64,000 bases of DNA from an uncultured delta proteobacterium (lineage in GTDB: Bacteria > Myxococcota > Myxococcia > Myxococcales > Anaeromyxobacteraceae). The notes under the pieces are model-generated. The model saw nothing but the letters and a program-made list of their open reading frames with translations, was not told the origin of the DNA and ran no database searches. Every line of letters starts with the position of its first letter. The stretch's first letter is position 1. The DNA is taken from NCBI GenBank assembly GCA_963845515.1, contig CAWJSR010000002.1:64001-128000 (forward strand), written 5' to 3'. Below, piece after piece: positions 45,916-55,861 of this stretch. The position numbers and the translations under genes are program-made.

Positions 45916-46605
45916 TCACCAGTTCCGATCGTCTCTCCAGGGGTACGCGGTGTTCGAGTACCCGCGGATCTCCCAGTAGCCGCGCTGGTCGTGCGTCAGC
46001 AGCTCGATCCGCTTGAGCCACTTCGCGCCCTTCCAGGCATAGAGCTGGGGGACGACGACGCGGACCGGTCCGCCGTGCTCCCTCGGGAGCGGCCGGCCGT
46101 CGACGCCGACCACCAGGAGCACGTCCTCCTTGATCGCCTCCTCGATGGGGAGGTTGGTCGAGTAGCCGTCGTACGCGTGGGTCATGACGTGCGTCGCCTC
46201 GGGCGCCGGCCGCGCGAGCGCGAGCACCGTCTCGAAGCGGACGCCTGCGAGCTTCAGGTCCAGGACCGACCAGCCGGTGACGCAGTGGAAGTCGGCGTCG
46301 ACCTCGACCTGGGGGAGCGCCATCAGGTCGTCGAACGAGAGCGAGAGCGGGGACGCGACGGCGCCGTCCACCGCGAGCCGCCACTTCTCGCGCGAGACGT
46401 CGGGGGCCTCGCCGAGGTCGAGGACGGGCCACTTCTGCCTGGCGACCGCCTGCCCGGTGGGCACCTTCGGCATCCCGTGCCGGTTCAGGGCGCCAGAGCC
46501 CTGCGGCGCGGCGTCGGCCAGGGACGGTGTCGCGCGGGCCTTCTCGGCGAACCGGGAGCGCAGCTCGGCGACCCCTTCAGCGATGCGGCGCTCGAGATCG
46601 GTCAC
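45916..46605 (-). CDS. Sulfite oxidase-family molybdopterin oxidoreductase
   Basis: DFHCVTGWS, YSTNLP, EHGGPVR, YAWKGAKW, GYWEIRGY. Confidence 0.88.
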   Translation of the reverse strand: MTDLERRIAEGVAELRSRFAEKARATPSLADAAPQGSGALNRHGMPKVPTGQAVARQKWPVLDLGEAPDVSREKWRLAVDGAVASPLSLSFDDLMALPQVEVDADFHCVTGWSVLDLKLAGVRFETVLALARPAPEATHVMTHAYDGYSTNLPIEEAIKEDVLLVVGVDGRPLPREHGGPVRVVVPQLYAWKGAKWLKRIELLTHDQRGYWEIRGYSNTAYPWRDDRNW

Positions 46606-46716
46606 CCCGGATTCGTACCGCAGGCGCCCGTCGCGCGAAATGGGCCGCTGGGGGCCGCGACGGGGTGGATCCTCTTGACTGGCGCCCGGCTTCGAGGCAG
46701 ATCAGGGCCTCCATAC

Positions 46717-46792
46717 GCGGGAATAGCTCAGTTGGTAGAGCATCAGCTTCCCAAGCTGAGGGTCGCCGGTTCGAATCCGGTTTCCCGCTCCA
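46717..46792 (+). tRNA. tRNA-Gly (CCC)
   Basis: GCGGGAATAGCTCAGTTGGTAGAGC...TCAGC-TTCCCAA-GCTGA...GGTTCGAATCC...TTCCCGCTCCA, 76 nt with CCA. Confidence 0.97.
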
Positions 46793-46798
46793 AATATT

Positions 46799-46832
46799 CC
46801 GAGGGGTTCCACGGTTTCGTGGAACCCTTCGG
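46799..46832. terminator. Strong hairpin after the tRNA
   Basis: CCGAGGGGTTCCACG-GTTT-CGTGGAACCCTTCGG; no clear U-tract. Confidence 0.6.
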
Positions 46833-46935
46833 CGCTTCTGGGCAAGGTCGCGGGCAAGGTTTTCACGAGTCCGTGACGGGACCGACTGGATTAGGACCGC
46901 CCGACCGCGCTCGGGCGGGCGACGGGAGGCTGGTG

Positions 46936-47128
46936 ATGGCTGACCCCAAGCCCTTCGATCCCTCCGACTTCGCGGTCGTCGTCGAGCCGTCCGCCGTGTC
47001 GCTTCGGCCCGAGCTTCAGGACGGGGCGGTGCTCGGACAACGCGCCCACCTCATCCCCTGGGAGGAGATCGGCGAGGACCCGATGGAGTCGGTGGACGCC
47101 TCCATCGCGACCATCGAGTGGGACCTCG
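46936..47128 (+). pseudogene. 5' fragment of a hypothetical gene cut by the IS66 end
   Basis: GGGAGG RBS then MADPKPFDPSDFAVV...; the frame runs into the IS66 IR at 47129. Confidence 0.45.
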
Positions 47129-47225
47129 GTAACCGCTGCACGAAGCCCGTCTGGCGGGCTCGCGGGGAGAGGGGCACCCTCGGGGCGTGGAGTCGATCAG
47201 CGAGCGCGGCCCCGGGGCCGGGCGG

Positions 47226-48950
47226 TCAGTCCGCCGTCACCTGCTCTCCCGGCGTGGCCGGGAGGGGCGGCGGGACGGTGAGAGGGCCGATCTCGGCGGC
47301 CAGCTCGGCGGGGTCGAGCCGGGAGCGGGTCTGGGCCCAGTACTTGGGGGCGAGCTCGAGGTAGCGATCCCTCGGCCAGTGGGCCAGCACGCGGAAGAGG
47401 TCGCGCAGGTAGTCCTCGGGGTCGAGCCGGTGCAGCCGGGCCGAGGCGACGAGCGAGAAGATGTGCCCCGCAGCCTCGCCGTGGTCGTGGCTGCCGACGA
47501 AGAGCCAGCTCTTCCTTCCGACGGCGATTCTCCTCAGCTCACGCTCAGACCTGTTGTTCTCAAGGTGAAGGCGCCCGTCGTCGAGCACCCGCATGAGCGC
47601 CTCTTTCTGGCGGACGGCGTAGCCGAGCGCGGAGCGCAGGAGCCCTCGCTGGTCGCGGACGCGCTCGTGCTCGACCTCCGCCCACGCGAAGAAGTCCTCG
47701 AGGTGCGGCCGAAGGTACTGGCTGCGAGCGCGCTGGACGGCATCGGACGGCTCGCGCCGCCACCCGTCATCGAGCGCGAACATGTAGCCGATGCGCGCGA
47801 GCCCCTCGCGGGCGACCTCGCTCTTCGTGCAGGTCGCCTCCCAGAACTTTCTCCGTGCGTGGCTCCAACATCCGACTTCGAGCCGGGTATCGCCTTCGCC
47901 GTCTTCGGGCGGATGGTCCGGCTCGCGGAAGAGCACGTCGTAGACGCTCTTCGCGTCGGCCTGGATGTACCCGGAGTAGCCCTCGAACATCTCCACGAGC
48001 GTCGCGCTCGTCTCCTTGCGCGCGTACTCGAAGAAGATGTGGTCCCGGTCGGCGATCTGCACGAAGTAGTGGCCCCGGTGGCAGGCCTGGGCCTTGCCGT
48101 CCTCCCGGGCCTCGGGCTGCACCGGGATTCCGGTCGCGTCGGTGGCGATGCAGAAGGCCGTCCGCCACGCCTCCTCCCGAGCGGCGGCGACGACCGTCGC
48201 GCCGGCGGTCGCCCCCGCGTCCTCCACCCACCGGCTCATCGTGCCCCGGTCGAGGGGGAAGCCGTCGCGGGCGAGCCGGTTCTCGATCCGGTTGAGCGGC
48301 AGCCCGTCGCAGAACTTGTCGGTGAGGATGTGCGCGAGGAGCGACGGGGCCGCGAGCGAGCGTGGGAAGCATTCCGGCGGCATCGGCGTGGTCTCGATCA
48401 TCGAGTCGCCGTGCTCGTCGACGACCCGGTACTTCGCCCGAGCGTGGACGAGCATCCGGGCGCCGCCGCGCTGCCAGGCCACCTTGCGGCTCTCCTCGAA
48501 CCCGAACCGCTCGGCCTTCCCCTCGGCGACGAGCTTCTCGAAGAGCGGCTCGAACGTCTCGACCCGCACTACCGGCATCTTCAGGTCGCGCAGGTCACGG
48601 CGGCCCGTGGGCTTGCGCTTCTCGGAGCCGCCCTGGCCGCCTGCCGCGGCGACCGGCGGCGGGCCACCGCCGAGCCGGTCGAGCGCCGCCAACTTCTCCG
48701 CGAACTCCAGCTCGAGCTGCGCGGTGTCCACGCGCTCCGCCTTCGCGACGAAGATGCGCCGCTTGAGCAACTCCAGCTCCAGGCGGAGCCGCTCGTGCGA
48801 GGCCCGCAGGAGGTCCCGCTCCTCAGTGAGCTTTACCACCCGCTCCTGCGCCGACGCGTGGGCCGCCCGCTCGGCGGCGTGGGCGACGCGTTCGGCGGCG
48901 AGCGCCGCCTCCAGGTCCGTGATCCGGGTGACCGTCGCCGCCGCTTGCAT
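47226..48950 (-). CDS. tnpC: IS66 transposase TnpC
   Basis: DKFCDGLPLNR, DATG, QADA, GCWSHARRKF, NNRSERELR. Confidence 0.92.
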   Translation of the reverse strand: MQAAATVTRITDLEAALAAERVAHAAERAAHASAQERVVKLTEERDLLRASHERLRLELELLKRRIFVAKAERVDTAQLELEFAEKLAALDRLGGGPPPVAAAGGQGGSEKRKPTGRRDLRDLKMPVVRVETFEPLFEKLVAEGKAERFGFEESRKVAWQRGGARMLVHARAKYRVVDEHGDSMIETTPMPPECFPRSLAAPSLLAHILTDKFCDGLPLNRIENRLARDGFPLDRGTMSRWVEDAGATAGATVVAAAREEAWRTAFCIATDATGIPVQPEAREDGKAQACHRGHYFVQIADRDHIFFEYARKETSATLVEMFEGYSGYIQADAKSVYDVLFREPDHPPEDGEGDTRLEVGCWSHARRKFWEATCTKSEVAREGLARIGYMFALDDGWRREPSDAVQRARSQYLRPHLEDFFAWAEVEHERVRDQRGLLRSALGYAVRQKEALMRVLDDGRLHLENNRSERELRRIAVGRKSWLFVGSHDHGEAAGHIFSLVASARLHRLDPEDYLRDLFRVLAHWPRDRYLELAPKYWAQTRSRLDPAELAAEIGPLTVPPPLPATPGEQVTAD

Positions 48951-48984
48951 CGCGGGATCACTTGTAGCCGCTGCGATCGATCTG

Positions 48985-49332
48985 TCAATGGGTGCGCAGC
49001 GGTCGCGCTCTCTTTTCCTTCGCCTGCACGTCGATCCCGTCGAGAAGGTCATCCAGCGCCCGCTCGTCGATGGCGACGCTCGTCGCGCTGCTCTCCGCCT
49101 CGGGCAGCCGGAAGGTGCCGCGGTCGAGTCGCTTGTAGAAGACGCACATCCCGGTCCCGTCGCTGAAGAGCACCTTGATCGCGTCGCGCCGCTTCCCGAA
49201 AAAGACGAAGAGCGCGCCGCAGCGTGCCTCCCGGCCGATGCGCTCCGTCACGATGCCGGCCAGCCGGTCGAAGCTCCAGCGCAGGTCGATCGGGTCCAGC
49301 CCGACGAACACATCCACGCCGTGCGGGATCAT
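48985..49332 (-). CDS. tnpB: IS66 accessory protein TnpB
   Basis: PIDLRWSFDRL, LFVFFGKRRDAIKVL, KRLDRGTF. Confidence 0.92.
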   Translation of the reverse strand: MIPHGVDVFVGLDPIDLRWSFDRLAGIVTERIGREARCGALFVFFGKRRDAIKVLFSDGTGMCVFYKRLDRGTFRLPEAESSATSVAIDERALDDLLDGIDVQAKEKRARPLRTH

Positions 49333-49673
49333 CGGCGGCTCCGCGCGGCGGCAGCGAGCACCTCGTCGAGGACCATCGCCAGGGTCCCATGGTCGAAGCC
49401 CACGCGCACGACGATCCGCGCCCCACCCACCTCCACGACCAGATCGGCGGCGGCGTCACGCGTCGGCGCCCGCGTCTCCTGCTGGCCTCGGCGCACACGA
49501 ACCACCTTGGCCATGCGAACCCGCGACCGCGCCCCGTCGCCATGCGCCAGCCGGTGTGCCCAGTGCCGCAGCCCGCCCGCGGTGAAGTCCTTGCCCGCGC
49601 AATACGCCGGCGACGACAGGCCGCTCGCCTTCCACTCCGCCACCCGCTGAACCCACACCTCGCGATCGGTCAT
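49329..49673 (-). CDS. tnpA: IS66 accessory protein TnpA
   Basis: WVQRVAEWKASGLS...YC; ATGA overlap with tnpB. Confidence 0.85.
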   Translation of the reverse strand: MTDREVWVQRVAEWKASGLSSPAYCAGKDFTAGGLRHWAHRLAHGDGARSRVRMAKVVRVRRGQQETRAPTRDAAADLVVEVGGARIVVRVGFDHGTLAMVLDEVLAAAARSRR

Positions 49674-49732
49674 GCCCCGCAGTCTGCGGCGCGCCCTTCA
49701 CGCTCGCCAGCCGGGGTCTATGCAGCGGTTAC

Positions 49733-50634
49733 AGGTACTTCGTGGTTGGCGCGAGGTAGGAACGCAACTCGGCCAAGCTCACGGTCTCGATCCCGTCGGC
49801 TCTCAGTCCCCATGCCCCCTTGCCCCAGAGAATCGCGTGGAAGAGCTGGACCTCCTCGCGATGGGCGTCTGCGGAAACGCGTGGCTTGCTGGGCAAGTTG
49901 CCGTCCCAGCATGTCAGCGCCAGTTTGCAGGCGACTTCAACCATCCCCAGTCGCTCAAGACGCCACGCGGAGTACGGCTGGCTGAGAAGGGCGATCGGCG
50001 GCGCAAAGGTTCCGCTGCGGACCTCACTCCGCCAGCGCACTCCGAGTTCTAGTTGGGCCTCTAGTTCCCGCGCATACCCGTCGCACACCTTGAGCAGCTC
50101 CTTCAGCAAGTGCTCATCGAGCTGGGCCGCCTCAACCCCTTCCACTCCCCCTGAAACGAGGTCCGCGAGCGTCCTGCTTCCCTTGCTGAACGTGCGGGCC
50201 TCCTGCTGGCTGATTCCGGTCGGAACAATGAAGGGAGGCAGAGTTCCCACCCTCATCAATGCCCTCGCCGACCCGGACACCGCGCCGTAAAGGCTCACCA
50301 CGGAGGTCGGTGCGTACTCGCTCGACAGGAGCCACTGCAAGTAGGCCTTCAGCGTGGTTAGGTTGAGGGTCAGAATCCCGGCGCCACGCTGCCTGCAAGC
50401 CCACCTCAGAAAGGTTGAGAGTGCGCCGAAGCGAGTCCGGTTGGTGTCGTTTCGAGTTTCGGGTTCTTCGCTCGTCGAGAGGCCTTCAGAAAAGGCTTCG
50501 GCGATCACGCCCGCGACGCTCCTTGCCTTCGCATAGGGCGTGAAGTCGTATAGCCGTCCATCGGCGCACCTCACGAGCAGTGACCAATCGGCCGCCTCCC
50601 GCGCCGGACCGCACCGGATGCCACCCCTCTTCAC
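49733..50634 (-). pseudogene. Integrase-coupled gene truncated by IS66
   Basis: GTGA overlap with the integrase stop; the ORF's stop codon is supplied by the IS66 IR. Confidence 0.6.
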
Positions 50635-51833
50635 TCCGAGGACCCCTTGATGTGGTCCTTCTCCCACCGGTCGTTGACGACATGCGCTCTGGCGACCAGC
50701 TCCCGCTCCATTTCGGCAAGGTGGGTGTAGCCTGCGCTGGACTTCTCCACGCTGTGCCCGAGTTGGGACATGACCCATCTCAGCGGCCGAATGCCGAATC
50801 TGTGAGCGCCTGCTGCCACACCGGTACCTGCCGCGTGACGGTTGGCATGGAACCTCTTGAAGATGCCCGCGTTCCTCGCAGCCCGGCGCCATGTCGTGGA
50901 GACGTAGCCCTCCGACATCGGCCTGCCCCGGTTGGTCAGGAACAGCGCCTTCGGATCCCGGAAGGTGCTGTCGCTCTCCCGGCAACGCTCCACCAGGTTC
51001 GCGCGAACGGTATCGATGTACTTGCGCACCTTGTGGACGAGCTGCCGAGGAACGAGCACCGCGTATTCCTTGCCGCCCTTCGAGTACTCGGGGTCCAGAT
51101 CGATGGCATACGCGACCTCGTCGAGCGCGAGAGAGCTGAACTGGTCCACAGTCAGGCCGCGAACCTGGAGACGCCTGAGGCCGATGTAGTGACCACACTC
51201 GGCCGTGAGCTCGTCCCTCAGCAGGAGGCCAGGATCTGCGCGATCGCTTGCAGCCAGGACCGAGAACAGCTCGCCTCGCGTCACCACTTTCGGCTGGCGA
51301 CGGAATCGCCGCGGCAGGTGCAAGGCCGGTGTTCTTGAAACTCCGGACAGGCTCCTGGAGGCGCGGCCGCCGCTTATGCAGAAGGGCCGATAGTCCAGGA
51401 GCCCGAACTCATAGGCCCACTGGTAGAAGCCGGCGACAGCGATCGCGTAGAGCGAACCGGTCGCCGTCTTCCTGGACTTCGAGAAGGCTCGAATGTCCGA
51501 GAGGGTGACCTCGGTCCAGAAGAGATTCCGGTGTCCCAGGAGCTTCCACCAGGCCAGCAGACCGCGCCCGTAGGTCCAGGCCGTCCTGAGCGAGTTCCCC
51601 GCCGCCTGAGCCAGATACAGGCTGGGAGCCGGCTCGAGCCTCCCATCGACCAGCATGATCGGGCGGCCCTCGTAGCCGGCGTCCTCGATCCTCAGCTCGC
51701 TCGTCGCGGCCACGAGTCGTACCCGATCATGCGTGGGCGAATTGCGCCTAGGTCGACGCCCATTGTCAGCGGCCGGGAGGGTCGAACTCCGCGCCCGAGC
51801 GATGCCCGCTCCGCTCGCCGCGTCGTCGCTCAT
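50631..51833 (-). CDS. Tyrosine recombinase/integrase
   Basis: Catalytic set: GLRR, SKGGK, HANRH, LGH, AGYTH. Confidence 0.88.
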   Translation of the reverse strand: MSDDAASGAGIARARSSTLPAADNGRRPRRNSPTHDRVRLVAATSELRIEDAGYEGRPIMLVDGRLEPAPSLYLAQAAGNSLRTAWTYGRGLLAWWKLLGHRNLFWTEVTLSDIRAFSKSRKTATGSLYAIAVAGFYQWAYEFGLLDYRPFCISGGRASRSLSGVSRTPALHLPRRFRRQPKVVTRGELFSVLAASDRADPGLLLRDELTAECGHYIGLRRLQVRGLTVDQFSSLALDEVAYAIDLDPEYSKGGKEYAVLVPRQLVHKVRKYIDTVRANLVERCRESDSTFRDPKALFLTNRGRPMSEGYVSTTWRRAARNAGIFKRFHANRHAAGTGVAAGAHRFGIRPLRWVMSQLGHSVEKSSAGYTHLAEMERELVARAHVVNDRWEKDHIKGSSE

Positions 51834-52072
51834 GACGCGGTCCTATTCATTCGGGCAAGTAGCACCTTCACGCGGCAGCCCAGGGCCCGCGCGATCTTCT
51901 CGGCCGACGCGGGCGACACGACGCCGTGCCGCTCAGCAGCTCCCACCGTGTTGAGCGAAAGCCCCGCCCTCACGGCCAGCGCCACCTGGGTCAGCCTGCG
52001 CCGCTCTCGCAGGTCGCGAAGGGACTCCTTCCGGCGCGGACGGCCCTTGCGCTTGGGCATGGACGTGGGCAT
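51830..52072 (-). CDS. XRE-family HTH protein
   Basis: LRDLRERRRLTQVALAVRAGLSLNTVGAAE...KIARALG; ATGA overlap with the integrase. Confidence 0.8.
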   Translation of the reverse strand: MPTSMPKRKGRPRRKESLRDLRERRRLTQVALAVRAGLSLNTVGAAERHGVVSPASAEKIARALGCRVKVLLARMNRTAS

Positions 52073-52172
52073 GGCGGGAGCGTGCCCATGCCCAGCCTCG
52101 AGTTTTCCAACAGAAAGGTCACGATGCCTTTCTTGTTGTGGAACGACACCCCCTTCTGGTTGGCGGCGGCAG

Positions 52173-53062
52173 CTAGAGCCCTGCCCCGAGTTTCGCGACC
52201 AACGGTTGCACCCTGCTCTTGGTGAGCGGTCGCAGCTTGAGCCGGCCCGCGAGCTTCGCGATTTGCTGAACCTCGCTCTGCGAGAGCTCCAACCGGTCCC
52301 CCGCCGAGGTCCTCGGGGCACTCGTCGCCAATGGCGCGGCAGCTTGTTGTCGAACGCCGGCCTCTTCGGCTTGGCAGCGGCAACTCGATCGCGCTCGCGA
52401 GGTTGGCGATGTGCTGCTGCACGGCGCTCTCGGAAAGCTCGACGCGCCTTCCACCGAAGCCCCCGGCGAACTCGTCGGCAATCGCTCTGTAGGTCATGCC
52501 ACCTACGACGTGAAGCGCCAGCATCCTCAGGCGATCGGGAACCGACACCCGCGATGGACGTCGCTTTCTCCAGGAGACCTGCGCGTAGCCCGCGCGGAAG
52601 GTCTCCTCCTTTCGGCGCCGCACGAAAGCCTCGAACCTCTCCCGGAGGCTCGCTCTCGCTCTCCAGGAGAACGTTCCATTCCAGCGGGTCCGATCCCATC
52701 TCGTTTCGTTCGACCTCGCTCATCGTGTGGGCCTCCGCGTACCACTCCCGCGTGGGTCTCTCGTCGCGCGTCGCCCAGACCTGGAGAGTCGTGCGTGCTG
52801 CGGCTCTAATCCAGACGGCGGACAGATGGTGCGCGCCGAGAATGTCGGCGATCTCTGCGTCAGGGAGGGCGGGCAGCGGCCGGTGCCGGCTCCGTCTTTC
52901 GTGAAGCGCTGCGAGCTTCACGAGTACCTCGGGGAACAGCTCGTCGACGATGTCGAGGAAGCGCATCCGAAGCAGGTAAGTCGCCCGAGCTCCGGTCCCC
53001 GGCAGATCCGCGAGCCTCGTCGGATCCCATTGCCTTAGGAAGGTGCGGAGTCCTGGTTCCAT
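52173..53062 (-). CDS. Hypothetical protein with HTH-like segment, apparently frameshifted
   Basis: GAGGGAG RBS then MEPGLRTFL; GMTYRAIADE..LSESAVQQHI lies in another frame; end uncertain. Confidence 0.4.
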
Positions 53063-53257
53063 TCGTTCTCCCTCACCAGTTGGGTACATCTAGCGAAGAA
53101 GCTGCCGTTACGAAGCTGTCCGCGATTTCGTGGGCGGCGTCGCTACCACCCGAGCGTCTCCTCAACTGCCTCCCCGACCCAGGCACCTTCCAGCCGCCAC
53201 TTCGAGAGTCACCGCTCGACATCACCTCCGCGATGCGCGTACCAGCGTCGAACACCG

Positions 53258-53842
53258 CTATCGCGGACTCGACCAGTTCAGAATACGTCCGGTCCGCCTG
53301 GGACGTTGCTGCAGGAGTTCAGCGCGGTTCACCAGACCTTCCGCAATCAACCGTGGCTTCACTTCCTCAAGGAGCGCCCTCAGGCGCTCGAACGCTCCCC
53401 TCTCGCCGTTCAGGAGGGGGACGAAGGGATTTGCCACCATCGTGTTCCAGTGGATCTTCAGACTCGGCGACTGCTCCAAGCGCTCCTCTCCCCCTACCTC
53501 GAATCGAAGCACCCCGTATCGGCGCAGCAACTCGAGCAAGCAGGAGAGCACGAAGCTGTCGACCACCTTGCAGAGCGTCTCCACCTCGATCTCTATCAAG
53601 CGCGGTGGCGTCTTCGACCACTGGCGGACGTGTTCGAGGGCCAGAATCATCACGCCCGCCGAAGGGCGAGGCTCGCCCTCTCGCGGCCTACCGTCCACGT
53701 CGTAGTCGTTCGGCCAGACGTGAAGGAGCAGGTCTAGCGGAATCAGCCGCAGGTAGTCCGTCAGAGGCAAGGGGCACGTGAAGCGATCCTCGCACTCATG
53801 GAGAAAGCTGACGGCCATCTCGGTGAATTCCTTCTCGTCCAT
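53258..53842 (-). CDS. Hypothetical protein
   Basis: GAGGAG RBS, protein-like composition, no motif recognised. Confidence 0.55.
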   Translation of the reverse strand: MDEKEFTEMAVSFLHECEDRFTCPLPLTDYLRLIPLDLLLHVWPNDYDVDGRPREGEPRPSAGVMILALEHVRQWSKTPPRLIEIEVETLCKVVDSFVLSCLLELLRRYGVLRFEVGGEERLEQSPSLKIHWNTMVANPFVPLLNGERGAFERLRALLEEVKPRLIAEGLVNRAELLQQRPRRTGRILNWSSPR

Positions 53843-53927
53843 CTCGTGTCTCCTCGATGCCGCCCCAACCTCTGGGGCGGGGGCCCGAGCCTTCGTGGAT
53901 GTGGACGAGCTTAGGTGACGAGATCAT

Positions 53928-53947
53928 GCGTTCGCTATAGCGAACGC
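53928..53947. promoter_or_regulatory. Perfect 20-bp palindrome, candidate operator
   Basis: GCGTTCGCTATAGCGAACGC between divergent genes. Confidence 0.6.
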
Positions 53948-54000
53948 TGCGGAGATCGGAACCCCCTACGGTCGGGGTGCCCAGTGACGTGGGCACTCCG

Positions 54001-54208
54001 ATGGACGCCGTCCACAAGAAACTCGCTGCTCGGATTCGCGTACTTGCGCGGAAGCGTCGGTGGTCTGCCAACCAGGTGGCCGACTTCGCCGGCGTCAGCC
54101 GCGGCTACCTCTCCGAGCTTCCTCGCGGCCCGCAAGTCCCCCTCGCTTCGAACGCTCGCGAAGATCGCAGCGGCGTTCGAGGTGGAGGTGAGGGACCTGT
54201 TGGACTGA
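54001..54208 (+). CDS. XRE-family HTH regulator (one extra base near 54120)
   Basis: LAARIRVLARKRRWSANQVADFAGVSRGYLSEL joins LAARKSPSLRTLAKIAAAFEV after a shift. Confidence 0.75.
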
Positions 54209-54226
54209 CGGGCGGCGCTACCCGCC

Positions 54227-55771
54227 TCACCGGCTGCTGAGACGCGGGAACAGCAAGGGGCCTCCACCCAGTCGAGCCCCGGTGGGTAGCACGTTCCAGT
54301 CGGAGCGCGATCCCAACTCGGGAGTACCCAGTCGAGCGCGAAGAGCCGCGGACGTGGTCGGAAGGAACGGACCAAGCTCCTCGGCGATGATGCTCACCGC
54401 CTCGAGCGCCGCGCGGAGCACGGTCCTTGCGCGCTCAGTCTGGCCGCCAGCGGCGAGCGTCCACGGCGCTTCGCGCGTGAGGTATCGGTTCGTCGCGTCG
54501 ACGGCGCGGAAGATTGCCGCCAGCGCTTCGTCGAGAGCGAACCGGGAGACTGCGGTGTCAACATTTGTGCGGAGAAGCAGGACGCTTCGTCTGAGTTCCT
54601 CGTCCTCCGCGCGCGCCGCTCCGGGGGCCGGAATCACCCCGCCTGTCACTCGCTCAGTCGCGCCGAGGAGCCGACTGGCCAGGTTGCCAAGCCCGTTCGC
54701 CAATTCAGCATCGTGAGCTTCGGCGAAACGCTCGAAGCTGAAGTCCCCATCCCGATCCGTACGCACGTGACGGAGCAGGTAGTACCGCACGGCGTCCGAG
54801 CCGTGTCTCGCCACCAGCTCGAGGGGATCCACCGTCCGGCCGGACTTGCTGATCTTCTCGCCGCCCAGCGTCAAGTAGCCGTGAACGAGCAGGTCGGTTG
54901 GCCACGGGAGACCGGCAGATGCCAGGAACGCCGGCCAGAACACGGCGTGGAAGCGCACGACTCCTTTGCCGATCACGTGCACGCGTTCTCGGCTACCCCT
55001 CCAGAAGGCGTCGAAACGACTGGAATCCGCGGTCGCGTAGCCGAGTGCCGAGAGGTAGTGGGCGAGCGCGTCGAACCACACCCAGATCACCTGGTCAGGG
55101 TCGCCGGGAACCTCGAGCCCCCATCCCCTCGCTCGCGCAGCGGAGCGCGAAACGGAAATGTCGCGCACGGGCCCACGAAGGAAGGCGAGCGTTTCGGCGC
55201 GCGCGCCTGGGTGCTCGATCCGGAGGCGCCCTGTGTCGATTGTCTCGAGAAGTCTCTCCCGGTACCGCGACAACCGAAAGAACCAGTTCACCTCTTCCAC
55301 CAGCTCCAGCGGTGCACTGTGTTCGAGGCAGCGGCCGCCTTGCAGTTCCTCCGGCTCGAAGAAGCGCTCGCAGCCGATGCAGTACCAGCCCTTGTACGCC
55401 TGCCGATAGAGGTCACCGCTTGCGGCGCACGCCGCCCAGAGCGCCCGGACCGCAGGGCCATGCGCAGCGTTCGCGCTAGTCCGCAGGAAGTCGTCGGCCG
55501 ACACGCTCAGGGCCCCGTTGAGGTCCTCGAACGCCGCCGCGTGTCTCTCCACCCACTCGCTTGTCGGCACTCCAGCGCTCGCGGCCGCGAGCACGTTCTT
55601 GAGGCTGTGGTCGTCCGTACCAGTGACGAAGCGGACCTCATGCCCGCGTTGACGCCGATGCCGCGCGAAGGCGTCCGCGACGCAGAGCTCGAGCGCAAAG
55701 CCGAGGTGCGGTCTTGCGTTCACGTAGGGAATTGCGGTCGTTACGTAGCTACGCGGGTTCGTTGGAAACAT
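54227..55771 (-). CDS. metG: Methionine--tRNA ligase (short form)
   Basis: YVTTAIPYVNARPHLG, TGTDDH, YCIGCE, WVWFDAL, HVIGKG..RFHA..WPA, KISKS; AGGAG before ATG 55771. Confidence 0.92.
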   Translation of the reverse strand: MFPTNPRSYVTTAIPYVNARPHLGFALELCVADAFARHRRQRGHEVRFVTGTDDHSLKNVLAAASAGVPTSEWVERHAAAFEDLNGALSVSADDFLRTSANAAHGPAVRALWAACAASGDLYRQAYKGWYCIGCERFFEPEELQGGRCLEHSAPLELVEEVNWFFRLSRYRERLLETIDTGRLRIEHPGARAETLAFLRGPVRDISVSRSAARARGWGLEVPGDPDQVIWVWFDALAHYLSALGYATADSSRFDAFWRGSRERVHVIGKGVVRFHAVFWPAFLASAGLPWPTDLLVHGYLTLGGEKISKSGRTVDPLELVARHGSDAVRYYLLRHVRTDRDGDFSFERFAEAHDAELANGLGNLASRLLGATERVTGGVIPAPGAARAEDEELRRSVLLLRTNVDTAVSRFALDEALAAIFRAVDATNRYLTREAPWTLAAGGQTERARTVLRAALEAVSIIAEELGPFLPTTSAALRARLGTPELGSRSDWNVLPTGARLGGGPLLFPRLSSR

Positions 55772-55861
55772 GGCGGCTCCTGAGAAAGGGGCCACCCTCC
55801 GAGTACGACCAAGAGCGGTCGCCCAGAGGGCGACCGGTCGGCTCGACATCGTTGCGGACTA

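Larger units (their letters stand above)
47129..49732 (-). mobile_element. IS66-family insertion sequence
   Basis: Terminal IRs GTAACCGCTGCA (47129) and TGCAGCGGTTAC (ends 49732); tnpA-tnpB-tnpC inside; flanks do not form a TSD. Confidence 0.92.

Noticed and set aside
51830..53089. 419-aa ORF as a single protein
   Set aside because: Joins a hypothetical N-terminus, an off-frame Arg-rich middle and a separate XRE gene.
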